NCBI GenBank assembly: GCA_036722795.1
Contig: DAIMIK010000001.1
Location: forward strand, 13 to 64,012
From: Acidimicrobiales bacterium
GTDB taxonomy: Bacteria; Actinomycetota; Acidimicrobiia; Acidimicrobiales; RAAP-2
Reading direction: 5' to 3'
Length of the DNA stretch: 64,000 nucleotides
The translations under genes were made by a program, and so were the position numbers. Under the pieces are notes generated by a model. That model was not told the origin of the DNA. It saw only the letters and a program-made list of their open reading frames with translations, and made no database searches. Within the stretch, counting starts at the first letter, position 1, and the number at the start of each line of letters is the position of its first letter. Shown here one piece after another: positions 1 through 8,706 of this stretch.

Positions 1-768
1 TCGAGCTCGACCCCCACCACGAGTAGCGGGTCGTCAGCCAGTGGGAGCACGACCCCGCGGCAGTTCCCCGGCGCGTCCGGCACGATCGCCGCCATCAACG
101 GAACGTCCCTGGAGGTCCAGAACCCCACAACCGGTCAGGTCACTGTCAACTACACGTCGACCACCACCTTCCGCCAGACGGTGACCGCCCCTGCCTCCGA
201 AGTGACCGTGGGCTCGTGCATCTCGGCATTCGGAAAGCCGACCTCCGGCTCCTCTTCGGGCAAGAGCGCCTTCGGCAACCCGGTGACGGCGACGACGGTG
301 TCCGTCTCGCAGCCGGTCTCGGGTACCTGCTCGGGCGGATTCGGCGGCAGGGCCGGGGGAGCCACACCCGGTGGGGGAGGCGGGTTCACCCCGGGTACCG
401 GTACCCGGCCGGCAGGTGCCAGCCGGTTCGGCAACGGTCAGTTCGGGGCCGCATCCGGAGTGGTGACTGCGGTCAACGGTTCGGCGGTGACCATCAACGA
501 GACCAACCCGACCACCAAGGCGGCGTCCAGCGTGGCCGTCACTCTGACATCCACGACGACCTTCACCACGACCGGTACGGCGTCCTCGACCGACCTGGCG
601 GTGGGCAAGTGCGCTCGCGCCAACGGCAGTGCAGACACCACGGGGGCCATCACTGCGCAGTCGATCACCATCTCCACGCCAGGCCCCAATGGATGCACCA
701 GCGGGTTCGGCGGATTCCGAGGTGGCGCCGGCGGGACCGGCGCCGGGGGTGCCGGAGCCAGTGCCTGA
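1..768 (+). CDS. Secreted Thr/Ser/Gly-rich repeat protein with two DUF5666-like beta modules (5' end lies outside the window)
   Basis: Frame 1 is open from nt 1, so the listed ORF 181..768 is only the tail of this gene. Two ~90-aa modules share the pattern G-x-(I/V)-x-A-(I/V)-NG...TSTTTF...VGxC...C(S/T)GGFGG. Stop codon is TGA at 766-768. Confidence 0.6.
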   Translation, partial: SSSTPTTSSGSSASGSTTPRQFPGASGTIAAINGTSLEVQNPTTGQVTVNYTSTTTFRQTVTAPASEVTVGSCISAFGKPTSGSSSGKSAFGNPVTATTVSVSQPVSGTCSGGFGGRAGGATPGGGGGFTPGTGTRPAGASRFGNGQFGAASGVVTAVNGSAVTINETNPTTKAASSVAVTLTSTTTFTTTGTASSTDLAVGKCARANGSADTTGAITAQSITISTPGPNGCTSGFGGFRGGAGGTGAGGAGASA

Positions 769-799
769 CCTGGCCGGGTCGGTCGCCGTCCCACCGGTC

Positions 800-2626
800 G
801 TGGGAGAGGACGGAGGAGTCGCGTCGGGCGCCGACGGTGGTGTGAGCCGGGCCGGCCCCGGCATCCACCACCGGCCGGGATGGTTCTCGCCGTCCCGCCT
901 CGTCATCGTCATCGTCCTGGTGGCGGCGTCCGTGACCGCCTGGCTTCTCACCCGCCCTTCCGCTCCTGCCTATCGGACGGCCGTCGTGGGAACGGGCACG
1001 GCAGTGGCGTCGCTGAACTCGGTGGGGACGATCGCCCCCGTCAATCAGGCAAGCCTCGACTTCAACGTGTCGGGGACGGTCGGTGCGGTCGATGTCGCGG
1101 TGGGTCAGCAGGTGTCGGCCGGCGAGGTGGTCGCGTCGCTCGAGTCCACACCGCTCGAGAACAGTGTCGTGACAGCCCAGGCGAGCCTGGCCTCCGCGCA
1201 GGCCACTTTGGCGGGCGACGAGGCGAGCCAGGCTGCGGCGGCGACCACCGCGTCGGCGACTCCGTCGACCACCACCACCACCACGTCGACGACGGTGCCC
1301 TCCACGGGAACGGGGTCATCGGGCCAGGGCAATCAGGAGATCGCCAAGTTGCAGGCAACCCTGGTGGCTGATCAGAAGCTGCTAGACGGTGATTCGGCTG
1401 CGGCGAGCGGTGCCCTGACGGAGGCCGCCACCGTGTGCAACTCCCCGGCGCCGACGGCCGCCGCACAGCCCGGCTTCACTCCGCCGCCCCCGGGCGCGCC
1501 CACGACCACGACCACCGTGCCCGGTGGATCGGGGACGCCCCCGTCCTGCTCGCAGGCGCTGAGCCTGGCATCCGCGGCCCAGGCGAAGGTCTCCGCCGAC
1601 GTCAAGACGGTGAATCAGGATCTGTCGGCGCTCACTTCCGCGCTGGGGCCGTCGGGGTCCGGTTCCGCATCGGGCTCCGCTGGATCGGGCAGTTGGACCG
1701 GAGGTGCGGGTTCGGGCACCTCGTCGTCCTCCGGAGGGGCGAAGGGCACGTCGGTCGGATCGGGCACCACGTCTCCGGCCGTAGCCGCTGCGGGCTCCGG
1801 TGCGACCGGTGGGAGCGCTGTGGCGGGCACTGGGTCGACGAGTTCCAAGGCCAGGGTGGTGACCCCCCAGAAGCTGGACCTCGACCAGGCATCCATCGAT
1901 GTCGCCCAGGCCGATCTGACCAACGCGCAACAGGCCGTCGGCGCGGCCACTCTCGTCAGCACGATCTCGGGGACCGTCGGCTCGGTGACCATCACTCCGG
2001 GGACGACGGTGACGGCGGGAGCGACCACCAGCACGCCACAGGTCGTGGTGATCGGCTCGGGCTCCTCCTACCAGGCGGCGACCACCGTCCCTGTGGCCAA
2101 GATCGGCCAGGTCGCCGTAGGGCAGCAGGTGCTCGTCACCCCGGACTCCACCGGCACCGTGCTGAACGGGACCGTGACGGCCATCGGGGTGTTGGCAACG
2201 TCCGGGTCGACGTCGACGGTGTATCCGGTCACGGTGACCCTCGAGGCGTCGAGCCTCGGTCTCTACTCCGGTGCGGAGGCCCAACTCGCGATCGTCACCG
2301 GGAGGGCGGTCGGAGCCACGACCGTTCCCACGTCGGCCGTTCGGACCGTCGGTTCGCAGCACGTGGTGACGGTGGTCGACGGTGCCACGACCAAAGCGGT
2401 CCGGGTCACGCTCGGAACGGTGGGCACCCTCCTGACCCAAGTGACCTCGGGGGTGAAGACGGGGCAGCTGGTCACCCTGGCCAGCCTGGACGAACCGGTA
2501 CCCTCCTCGTCGACCACCAGCACCCGGACCGGCCTGGGCGGCTTCGGTGGGACGGGCGGAGCAGGTGGGACGGGAGGCTTCGGCGGCGGCGCGGGCAGCT
2601 TCCGGAGTGGCGCCCTCGGCGGGTGA
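800..2626 (+). CDS. HlyD / membrane-fusion-protein type periplasmic adaptor subunit with a low-complexity insert
   Basis: Lies within ORF 629..2626. Has an N-terminal TM helix (LVIVIVLVAASVTAWLL). MFP-like strands are present (VSGTVGAVDVAVGQQVSAGEVVASL; ISGTVGSVTITPGTTV), with coiled-coil stretches between them. The start is uncertain: GTG at 800 or 842, while ATG at 689 would overlap the upstream gene. Confidence 0.7.
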   Translation: MGEDGGVASGADGGVSRAGPGIHHRPGWFSPSRLVIVIVLVAASVTAWLLTRPSAPAYRTAVVGTGTAVASLNSVGTIAPVNQASLDFNVSGTVGAVDVAVGQQVSAGEVVASLESTPLENSVVTAQASLASAQATLAGDEASQAAAATTASATPSTTTTTTSTTVPSTGTGSSGQGNQEIAKLQATLVADQKLLDGDSAAASGALTEAATVCNSPAPTAAAQPGFTPPPPGAPTTTTTVPGGSGTPPSCSQALSLASAAQAKVSADVKTVNQDLSALTSALGPSGSGSASGSAGSGSWTGGAGSGTSSSSGGAKGTSVGSGTTSPAVAAAGSGATGGSAVAGTGSTSSKARVVTPQKLDLDQASIDVAQADLTNAQQAVGAATLVSTISGTVGSVTITPGTTVTAGATTSTPQVVVIGSGSSYQAATTVPVAKIGQVAVGQQVLVTPDSTGTVLNGTVTAIGVLATSGSTSTVYPVTVTLEASSLGLYSGAEAQLAIVTGRAVGATTVPTSAVRTVGSQHVVTVVDGATTKAVRVTLGTVGTLLTQVTSGVKTGQLVTLASLDEPVPSSSTTSTRTGLGGFGGTGGAGGTGGFGGGAGSFRSGALGG

Positions 2627-2823
2627 TCACTCGGCCCCGTGGGGTGAAGAGGGCGGGGACCGCCCCGCCCGGCGGCGGGCCGCCGGGCTGCGGGCGGCTT
2701 GTCCTCGGCGCCGGTCGGGTGCAGAGTACGGAGGGGACACCGACCCGCCACTCCTTCGGCCACGCCGGCATGCCTCCCACCGGCACAGGACACGACCCCC
2801 GGGGGTGGCAGAGACGAGCGACC

Positions 2824-3510
2824 ATGACCGACCGACCGATCGGGCCGGCGAGCATCACCATCACCGAGAACGGCCCGTACCTGGCCACCGGGGGCCTGCC
2901 GGTGGTCCGGCGTCGCATGGTGGCGTCGGAGCATGGGGAGCCCATGACCTGGGAGACCACAAGTGCTGTGGACGCCCCTGATGCGGTGGCGCTGTGCCGG
3001 TGCGGGCAATCGGACGACAAGCCGTTCTGCGATGGATCGCACGTGGCGGCCGGCTTCGACGGGACGGAGACAGCGGAGGCTTCGACGTACGACCAGCGTC
3101 AGACGACCTACCCGGCCACCGGAATCGTGATGAGGGACGATCGCTCGATCTGCCAGCATGCGGGCTTCTGCGGCAATCGGATCACCAATGTGTGGAAGAT
3201 GGTCCGTGGCGACGACACGGAGGACACGGTGACGCGGGCCCACCTGATGGCCATGATCGAACGATGCCCGTCGGGTGCGCTGACCTTCCGATTGGCCGAG
3301 GGCGGGGCCGACATCGAACCGGAGCTCCGGTCGGAGATCGGCGTGGTCGACGACGGGCCACTGTTCGTCACCGGAGGGGTACCCGTGCGCCGGGCGGATG
3401 GGCAGGAGATGGAAGCCCGGAACCGGATGACGCTGTGCCGGTGCGGGGGATCGGGCAACAAGCCGTTCTGTGACGGCTCGCACAAGGAGAATGGATTCGC
3501 GGACTCCTGA
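2824..3510 (+). CDS. CDGSH iron-sulfur domain protein (CDGSH, divergent 4Fe-4S mono-cluster-like domain, CDGSH)
   Basis: This is the C-terminal 228 aa of ORF 1435..3510, starting at ATG 2824 (MTDRPIGP). It carries two CRCGxSxxKPFCDGSH motifs. Between them is a central CQHAGFC...ERCPSGAL segment. Confidence 0.85.
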   Translation: MTDRPIGPASITITENGPYLATGGLPVVRRRMVASEHGEPMTWETTSAVDAPDAVALCRCGQSDDKPFCDGSHVAAGFDGTETAEASTYDQRQTTYPATGIVMRDDRSICQHAGFCGNRITNVWKMVRGDDTEDTVTRAHLMAMIERCPSGALTFRLAEGGADIEPELRSEIGVVDDGPLFVTGGVPVRRADGQEMEARNRMTLCRCGGSGNKPFCDGSHKENGFADS

Positions 3511-3613
3511 CCGTGGACCCCACCCCGGGACGGCCGACGGGGGTGGTCGCCCGGCGGGGCACGATCCGCGTCCGTGCGCCGGGATCGGTCGACCACCTGC
3601 ACCCCCGAGCACC

Positions 3614-4153
3614 GTGGACGGTAGCGTTCCCACCGTGATCGACGACCCGCTGGTGGCCGAAGCAGTGCATGACACCGGTATCCGACGGCTCCAGCATGCC
3701 TACGCCGACGTCGTCAATCGCCGGGCATGGCCCGAGCTGGAGCGGCTGTTCCTCAACGACGCCCCCGTCGTCATCGACCGGCATGCCGGCGAGCCGCTCC
3801 GACTTGTCGGAGCACTGGCGCTCGGCGAGTTCATCGGGTCGTCCATCGAGCAGTTCGAGTTCTTCGAGTTCGTCGTCCTCAACGCCCACATCGCCTTCCC
3901 CCAGGGGGCGGAGGCCGGCACCGCCGTGTGCCGCCTCTTCATGTGCGAGATCCGCCAGCACCAGGCCAGCGGTCGGTGGACGAACGCGTATGGCCTCTAC
4001 CACGACCGCTATGCGTTTACCGCGAGTCGCTGGTGGTTCGCCGAACGGAGGTACCACTCCCTGGCCCGCCACGGGAACGAACTGGAGGTCTTCCCGTTTC
4101 CCCGTCAACCGGGCATCGAGGTGCCGGGGATGGGACCGACGGGCGATCGCTAG
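3614..4153 (+). CDS. SnoaL-like / NTF2-family protein
   Basis: Lies within ORF 3470..4153. The size and pattern (IRRLQHAYADVVNRRAWPELERLF...RWWFAERRY) are typical of SnoaL_4-like proteins. The start is uncertain (GTG at 3614 or 3635). Confidence 0.5.
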   Translation: MDGSVPTVIDDPLVAEAVHDTGIRRLQHAYADVVNRRAWPELERLFLNDAPVVIDRHAGEPLRLVGALALGEFIGSSIEQFEFFEFVVLNAHIAFPQGAEAGTAVCRLFMCEIRQHQASGRWTNAYGLYHDRYAFTASRWWFAERRYHSLARHGNELEVFPFPRQPGIEVPGMGPTGDR

Positions 4154-4232
4154 GCCATCCCCGGCCGGCGGGTCCCCGGGGCCGGGCACTGCATCATCGA
4201 CGGAGGCCCGCCGTCATGGGAGCATCGTGGCC

Positions 4233-4706
4233 ATGCCGCTCCTCTTGGTCCGCCATGCCAACGCCGGGCGCCGAAGCGCCTACACGGGCGACGACCGCGT
4301 GCGCCCGCTGTCCTCGAGGGGGCTGGCCCAGGCTGATGGGCTGGTGCCCCTGTTGAAGGGCTATCGGCCCCGGCGGATCCTGAGCAGTCCCTACGTCCGC
4401 TGCTGCGAGACGGTGCGCCCCCTGTCCGAGGCCCTGGCCCTGCCCGTCGAGACCGTGGACGCGTTGGCCGAAGGACACGGGTCCGAGACGCTGCGACTGA
4501 TGGACCGGATGGCCGGCGAGTCGGCGGTCCTGTGCACCCACGGGGACGTCGCCCTCGAGGTGCTGGACGCCCTCGCCGGGCAGCGACCGGCAAAGGTGCG
4601 TCAGTCGCTTCGGCTCCAGAAGGGCGAGGTGTGGGTGGTCCAGTCGGCGGGCACCTCGCTCTCCATCGTCGAGCACCTCCCGCAGGTGGCCGGCAGGGAC
4701 CGGTAG
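4233..4706 (+). CDS. Histidine phosphatase family protein (SixA-like)
   Basis: Tail of ORF 3669..4706. The N-terminus LLLVRHANAG carries the RHG-type catalytic motif, and a second His sits in CTHGDV. Length is 157 aa. Confidence 0.7.
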   Translation: MPLLLVRHANAGRRSAYTGDDRVRPLSSRGLAQADGLVPLLKGYRPRRILSSPYVRCCETVRPLSEALALPVETVDALAEGHGSETLRLMDRMAGESAVLCTHGDVALEVLDALAGQRPAKVRQSLRLQKGEVWVVQSAGTSLSIVEHLPQVAGRDR

Positions 4707-4762
4707 CCGGCGCCGGGCCACCGGCCGCCGCTCGGGGCACCGGCCGCTACGCTCAGGGCGCG

Positions 4763-6124
4763 ATGAACGACCAGAACCGGTTCGACCCGGGCTCCGTCGG
4801 CACGTTCCGGGTGCTCGACCGATCGTTCGACCGTGCATCGAGGACGCTCTCGCTCGGGTACGCCCTCGACGATGTCGTTTCGTTCACCGAGACCATCACC
4901 TTCGAGACGCCGCCCGGTGCCGAGGGGGGTACCGACGCCACAGGATTCGATCGGGCGCTCTTGCATCTCCACATTGCTGCCGGGACCAGCTACTACAAGG
5001 CTGCCGCCCCCCCGGTGATCCTGCTGGAGCACGAAGGGCTGACCGCCGCAGAGCAGGAGTTCCATCGGAGCCTCTACGACCACGGGCTCCGGGAGTTCGC
5101 GGTGGCGAACGGCCTCCCCGTGCCCCGTGCGGTGGAGATCGAGCAGCGCTCGACCGCCGTCGAGCCGCCCCGGCCGACGGACCCCCGGCGACCCGGGGGC
5201 CTGCTGGTCCCGATCGGGGGTGGCAAGGACTCGATGGTGCTCATCGAGGCGGTACGGGACCTGGCCCCCAGGCTGTTCGCGGTCAATCCCCATCCCCTGG
5301 TGCTCGAACTGGCCCGCCAGACCGGGCTCGAGCTCATCGTCGTCCGCCGCCGGCTCTCCCCGGAGTTGGCCGCACTCAACCGTGCCGGTGCCCTCAACGG
5401 CCATGTCCCGATCACCGCCATCGTGTCCCTCGTCGCGGTAGCCGGGAGCTTCCTCTACGGGTACGACACCATCGCCATGGCCGTCGAGCGCTCTGCCAGC
5501 GAGGAGACGGTGGTGGTGGGCGGTGTGCCGGTCAACCACCAGTACTCGAAGAGCCTCGACTTCGAGCACCTGCTGCAAGGCCTGATCGCCGGGACCATCG
5601 ACCCCGGCCTGATCTATGGTTCGGCCCTGCGGCCCTACTCCGAGCTGGCCATCGCCCGTACCTTCGCCGGGCTCACCGGGTATCACGCCACCTTCTGCAG
5701 CTGCAACACCGTGTTCCGCCAGTCGGCGGGAGCCGACGACGGGTGGTGCGGGGACTGCCCGAAATGCCGCTTCGTGGCACTGATGCTGGCGCCGTTCCTG
5801 AGCCCCGAGGCGGTGACGGCGATCATCGGCCGCGATCTGTTCGCCGATCCCCTCCAGGTGGCCGGGTTTGCCGCCCTCATGAGCGACCGGGACAAGCCGT
5901 TCGAGTGCGTCGGGGAGCGGCGGGAGTCGGCCGCGGCCATGAGGGTCCTGAACGGGCTGCCACCGTGGAGGGAGACGGTGGTCGTGTCCTCGCTGGGCCG
6001 GGTGGCTGCGGACATGGTGTCGGACCGGGAGGTCACCGCCTTGTTGACCCCCGACTCGGCACTGGCGTTCCCGGACCCGGAGGTGGCGGCCGCGGTGGGT
6101 CGCCTGTTGACGGCGACGCCGTGA
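4763..6124 (+). CDS. murL: PP-loop ATPase-like protein, candidate MurL (UDP-MurNAc-L-Ala-L-Glu epimerase) homologue
   Basis: ATG at 4763 within ORF 4532..6124. Has a PP-loop-like LLVPIGGGKDS and a C-terminal Cys cluster (FCSCN...WCGDCPKCRF). Its stop overlaps the GTG start of a MurD-type ligase (GTGA at 6121-6124). The family assignment rests on memory of the Xanthomonas MurD2/MurL pair and was not searched. Confidence 0.5.
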   Translation: MNDQNRFDPGSVGTFRVLDRSFDRASRTLSLGYALDDVVSFTETITFETPPGAEGGTDATGFDRALLHLHIAAGTSYYKAAAPPVILLEHEGLTAAEQEFHRSLYDHGLREFAVANGLPVPRAVEIEQRSTAVEPPRPTDPRRPGGLLVPIGGGKDSMVLIEAVRDLAPRLFAVNPHPLVLELARQTGLELIVVRRRLSPELAALNRAGALNGHVPITAIVSLVAVAGSFLYGYDTIAMAVERSASEETVVVGGVPVNHQYSKSLDFEHLLQGLIAGTIDPGLIYGSALRPYSELAIARTFAGLTGYHATFCSCNTVFRQSAGADDGWCGDCPKCRFVALMLAPFLSPEAVTAIIGRDLFADPLQVAGFAALMSDRDKPFECVGERRESAAAMRVLNGLPPWRETVVVSSLGRVAADMVSDREVTALLTPDSALAFPDPEVAAAVGRLLTATP

Positions 6125-7518
6125 CCCTCGACGAGCTGGTCACCTGTCGGGTGGCGGTCTGGGGCCTCGGGCAGGAGGGCCTGGCCATGGTCGCACTCCT
6201 CCGAGACCGAGGGGTGGAGCCGGTGCTGATCGACGACCATCCGGAGATCGCCACCGACCGGGTGGCCCGCCGGCCGGCCGGCCCGGCGGACGTGGTCACC
6301 CCCGCCTCGATGCGGTGGGCCGATGTGGACGTGGTGGTCCGTTCCCCGGGGGTGAGCCGGTATCGCCCGGAACTGCTGGGCGCCGAGGGATCCGGCGTGT
6401 CGGTGACCACGGCCATGGCCCTCTGGCTCGAGGACTTCGCCGACGCCCGGGTGGTGGCCATCACCGGCACCAAGGGGAAGAGCACCACCGCTGCGCTCAT
6501 CGCGGCGATCCTCGGGCACGACGGATCGGAGGTGGCCCTGTGCGGCAACATCGGGGTCCCGGTCACCGAGATGTACGGCCGGCCCCCGGCCGACGCCTAC
6601 GTCGTCGAGGTCTCCTCGTACCAGGCGGCCGACGTCACGGTCACCCCCGGGGTGTGCGTGCTGACCAGTCTGGCTGCCGATCATCTCGACTGGCACGGCG
6701 GTGAGGAGTCGTACTACCGCGACAAGCTGCGGTTGCTCGAGGCCGGTCCCCCGGGGGAGCTGGCGGTGAGCGCGGCGAGCCCTGAGGCGCTGAAGCGCAC
6801 GGAAGGCCATCCCCACCGTACGCTCTACGGCCCCGCCGGCCGGGTGCGGCTGGCTCCGTCCGGAATGGTGGAGCTCGACGGCGAGCCGTTGGTCGAAGCC
6901 GGGATGCTGCGCACGCCGGGCCGCCACAATGTGTGGAATCTGTGCGGTGCGATCACGGCCACGTTGCTGCTGGACGGGCATGCCCCGTCCACATGGGCGG
7001 TGGCGGCGGCCGTGGACGGGTTCGCCGGGCTGCCCTCGCGCTGTCATACCATCGGTGAGCGCCACGGGCTCACCTTCGTCGATGACGCCCTGGCATCGAA
7101 TCCGTTCGCTGCGGCGGCCTCGGTCGACGCCTACCCCGGCCGTGAGCTGACGGTGATCCTGGGTGGCGCCGACCGTGGCGTGGACCCTGCAGTGCTGGTG
7201 GATGCGCTGGTCGACCGGATACCGGCTCCCCGGGTGATCGTCCTCCCCCCGGACTCGCGACGGCTGGTCGACGCCATCACCTCCGCCGCTGGTGGGGGCC
7301 GACCCACGGCGACGGTGCACACGGCAGAGGATCTCGACGCCGCGGTGCGGGCGGCGGCGGCGTCGACCCCGGTCGGGGGAGTGGTGCTCTTCTCCCCCGG
7401 TGCCCCCACTCCCGAGGGTGGGGGGGGATTCGGCGAGCGCAGCCGCCAGTTCGCGGAAGCCGCCGGGCTGGCCGGCCCGGAGCGTCGCCCGCGCCCCGAC
7501 GCATCGGGGGTGGGTTGA
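6121..7518 (+). CDS. murD: MurD-type Mur ligase (UDP-MurNAc-L-Ala:glutamate ligase; MurD2-like given the partner gene)
   Basis: GTG at 6121 within ORF 5743..7518. The N-terminus is Rossmann-like (VAVWGLGQEG). The P-loop is AITGTKGKSTT. The C-terminus (FSPGAPTPEGGGGFGERSRQF) resembles the MurD SPAxASxDxFxNxxxRG region. Confidence 0.8.
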   Translation: MTLDELVTCRVAVWGLGQEGLAMVALLRDRGVEPVLIDDHPEIATDRVARRPAGPADVVTPASMRWADVDVVVRSPGVSRYRPELLGAEGSGVSVTTAMALWLEDFADARVVAITGTKGKSTTAALIAAILGHDGSEVALCGNIGVPVTEMYGRPPADAYVVEVSSYQAADVTVTPGVCVLTSLAADHLDWHGGEESYYRDKLRLLEAGPPGELAVSAASPEALKRTEGHPHRTLYGPAGRVRLAPSGMVELDGEPLVEAGMLRTPGRHNVWNLCGAITATLLLDGHAPSTWAVAAAVDGFAGLPSRCHTIGERHGLTFVDDALASNPFAAAASVDAYPGRELTVILGGADRGVDPAVLVDALVDRIPAPRVIVLPPDSRRLVDAITSAAGGGRPTATVHTAEDLDAAVRAAAASTPVGGVVLFSPGAPTPEGGGGFGERSRQFAEAAGLAGPERRPRPDASGVG

Positions 7519-7568
7519 CAGCGGCCGGGAGCCACGGCAACGGTGGGGACGGAACCGGGAGGAGCGTC

Positions 7569-8624
7569 GTGACCCAGATCACCATCACCGCCGAGGGGGT
7601 GCGGACCGTCGAGGCGACGCCCGACCCGGCTCGTGGCACGTTCCTCATCGATGCCGACCGGCTCCCCGATGTCCTCGGGTGGGAGTTGAAGCCGAGCGGC
7701 CTGTGCCGGGAGGGCACCTGCGTGCCGGTGGCCGACGTCGGCTCGTTGACGGTGGGGGAGCGGCTCGACGTGGCTGCGGTCGCAGGCGCGCTCGGCCGGC
7801 CGGCTGTCGTCGACGTCGGTGCGGGGCTGATGGCGGTCGCTCTGCCCGCCGGGCTGAGGCGGCAGGCGCTCGAGGATCTTCGCGCCCCGGCGTTCGAGCT
7901 GCCCGGCCTCGACGGGAGGCTGCACCGGTTGGACGAATGGATCGGGACGAAGAAGCTGCTGGTCACCTTCGCGAGCTGGTGTGGCTGTCGCTACGACCTG
8001 CCGGGCTGGCAGGCCCTCCACGACGAGTTGCGCCCGTTCGGGTTCACGGTCGTCGCGGTGGCCATCGACCACAGTGCGGACGATGTCCGGCCGTTCGCGG
8101 ACGGGATTACCATGCCGGTCCTCTACGACCCCAACCATGTGCTGACCGAGTTGTACGCCATCTCCAACGTGCCCACCGTGGTGTGGATCGACGAGGAGGA
8201 TCGCATCGCACGGCCCAACGGAGAAGCCTTCGGCACTGACACGTTCTCCGACTTCACCGGCGTGAAGGCCGCCCCCCACCTCGACGAGGTCCGGCGGTGG
8301 GTGCGGGAGGGAGTGGTCCCGGTCACCGAGGAGGAGGCCCGCCACGCCGTGGGTGATCTCTCCGAAGACGAGGTGGTGGCGCGCCTCCACTTCCGGGTGG
8401 CCGCCGAGGCGCACCGCCGGGGGAACGAGGAAGCCACCCGGCGCCACGTGGCGCGGGCCTCGGAGCTGGCACCGGACGATCTGACCATCTGGCGGGCGGG
8501 CATGGCGCTGGTCGGCGAGGACCCGTTCGGCGATGCCTTCTTCGTCAGGTACGAGGAGTGGAGGCAGAAGGGGAGCCCGTTCCACGGCCTCCCCGCGGTC
8601 AGTGGTCCCGAGCCCGCGACCTGA
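7569..8624 (+). CDS. Thioredoxin-fold (TlpA/ResA/redoxin-like) protein with an N-terminal Cys-containing domain and a helical C-terminal domain
   Basis: Lies within ORF 7515..8624. GTG at 7569 is preceded by GGGAGGAG. The redoxin core is LLVTFASWCGCRYD...VVAVAID...NVPTVVWID, and the active-site motif is CGC rather than CxxC. An alternative TTG start at 7515 overlaps the murD stop. Confidence 0.7.
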   Translation: MTQITITAEGVRTVEATPDPARGTFLIDADRLPDVLGWELKPSGLCREGTCVPVADVGSLTVGERLDVAAVAGALGRPAVVDVGAGLMAVALPAGLRRQALEDLRAPAFELPGLDGRLHRLDEWIGTKKLLVTFASWCGCRYDLPGWQALHDELRPFGFTVVAVAIDHSADDVRPFADGITMPVLYDPNHVLTELYAISNVPTVVWIDEEDRIARPNGEAFGTDTFSDFTGVKAAPHLDEVRRWVREGVVPVTEEEARHAVGDLSEDEVVARLHFRVAAEAHRRGNEEATRRHVARASELAPDDLTIWRAGMALVGEDPFGDAFFVRYEEWRQKGSPFHGLPAVSGPEPAT

Positions 8625-8706
8625 TCCCGGGCGCCGGGGACGCCGACCCGGTCCCCCGGCCCGCTCCGGTGGACGGGTCTGCGCCGTCGGTGCGGCGGCA
8701 GGGGGC

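Noticed and set aside
1435-2823. The N-terminal 460 aa of the 691-aa ORF that contains the CDGSH protein.
   Set aside because: This stretch overlaps the HlyD-type gene in another frame, and its sequence is low-complexity Arg/Gly. A clean ATG at 2824 gives a normal-length CDGSH protein.
5683-7320. Long antisense or alternative-frame ORFs. Examples are 5683..7320(-), 7131..8585(-), 18950..20305(-), 41298..43376(+), 31962..33536(-), 61933..63366(-) and 62127..63773(+).
   Set aside because: They are Arg/Gly/Pro/Ala-rich and show no family motifs. Each lies opposite or out of frame to an ORF with clear family signatures. Such ORFs are the expected stop-poor artefact of very GC-rich DNA.
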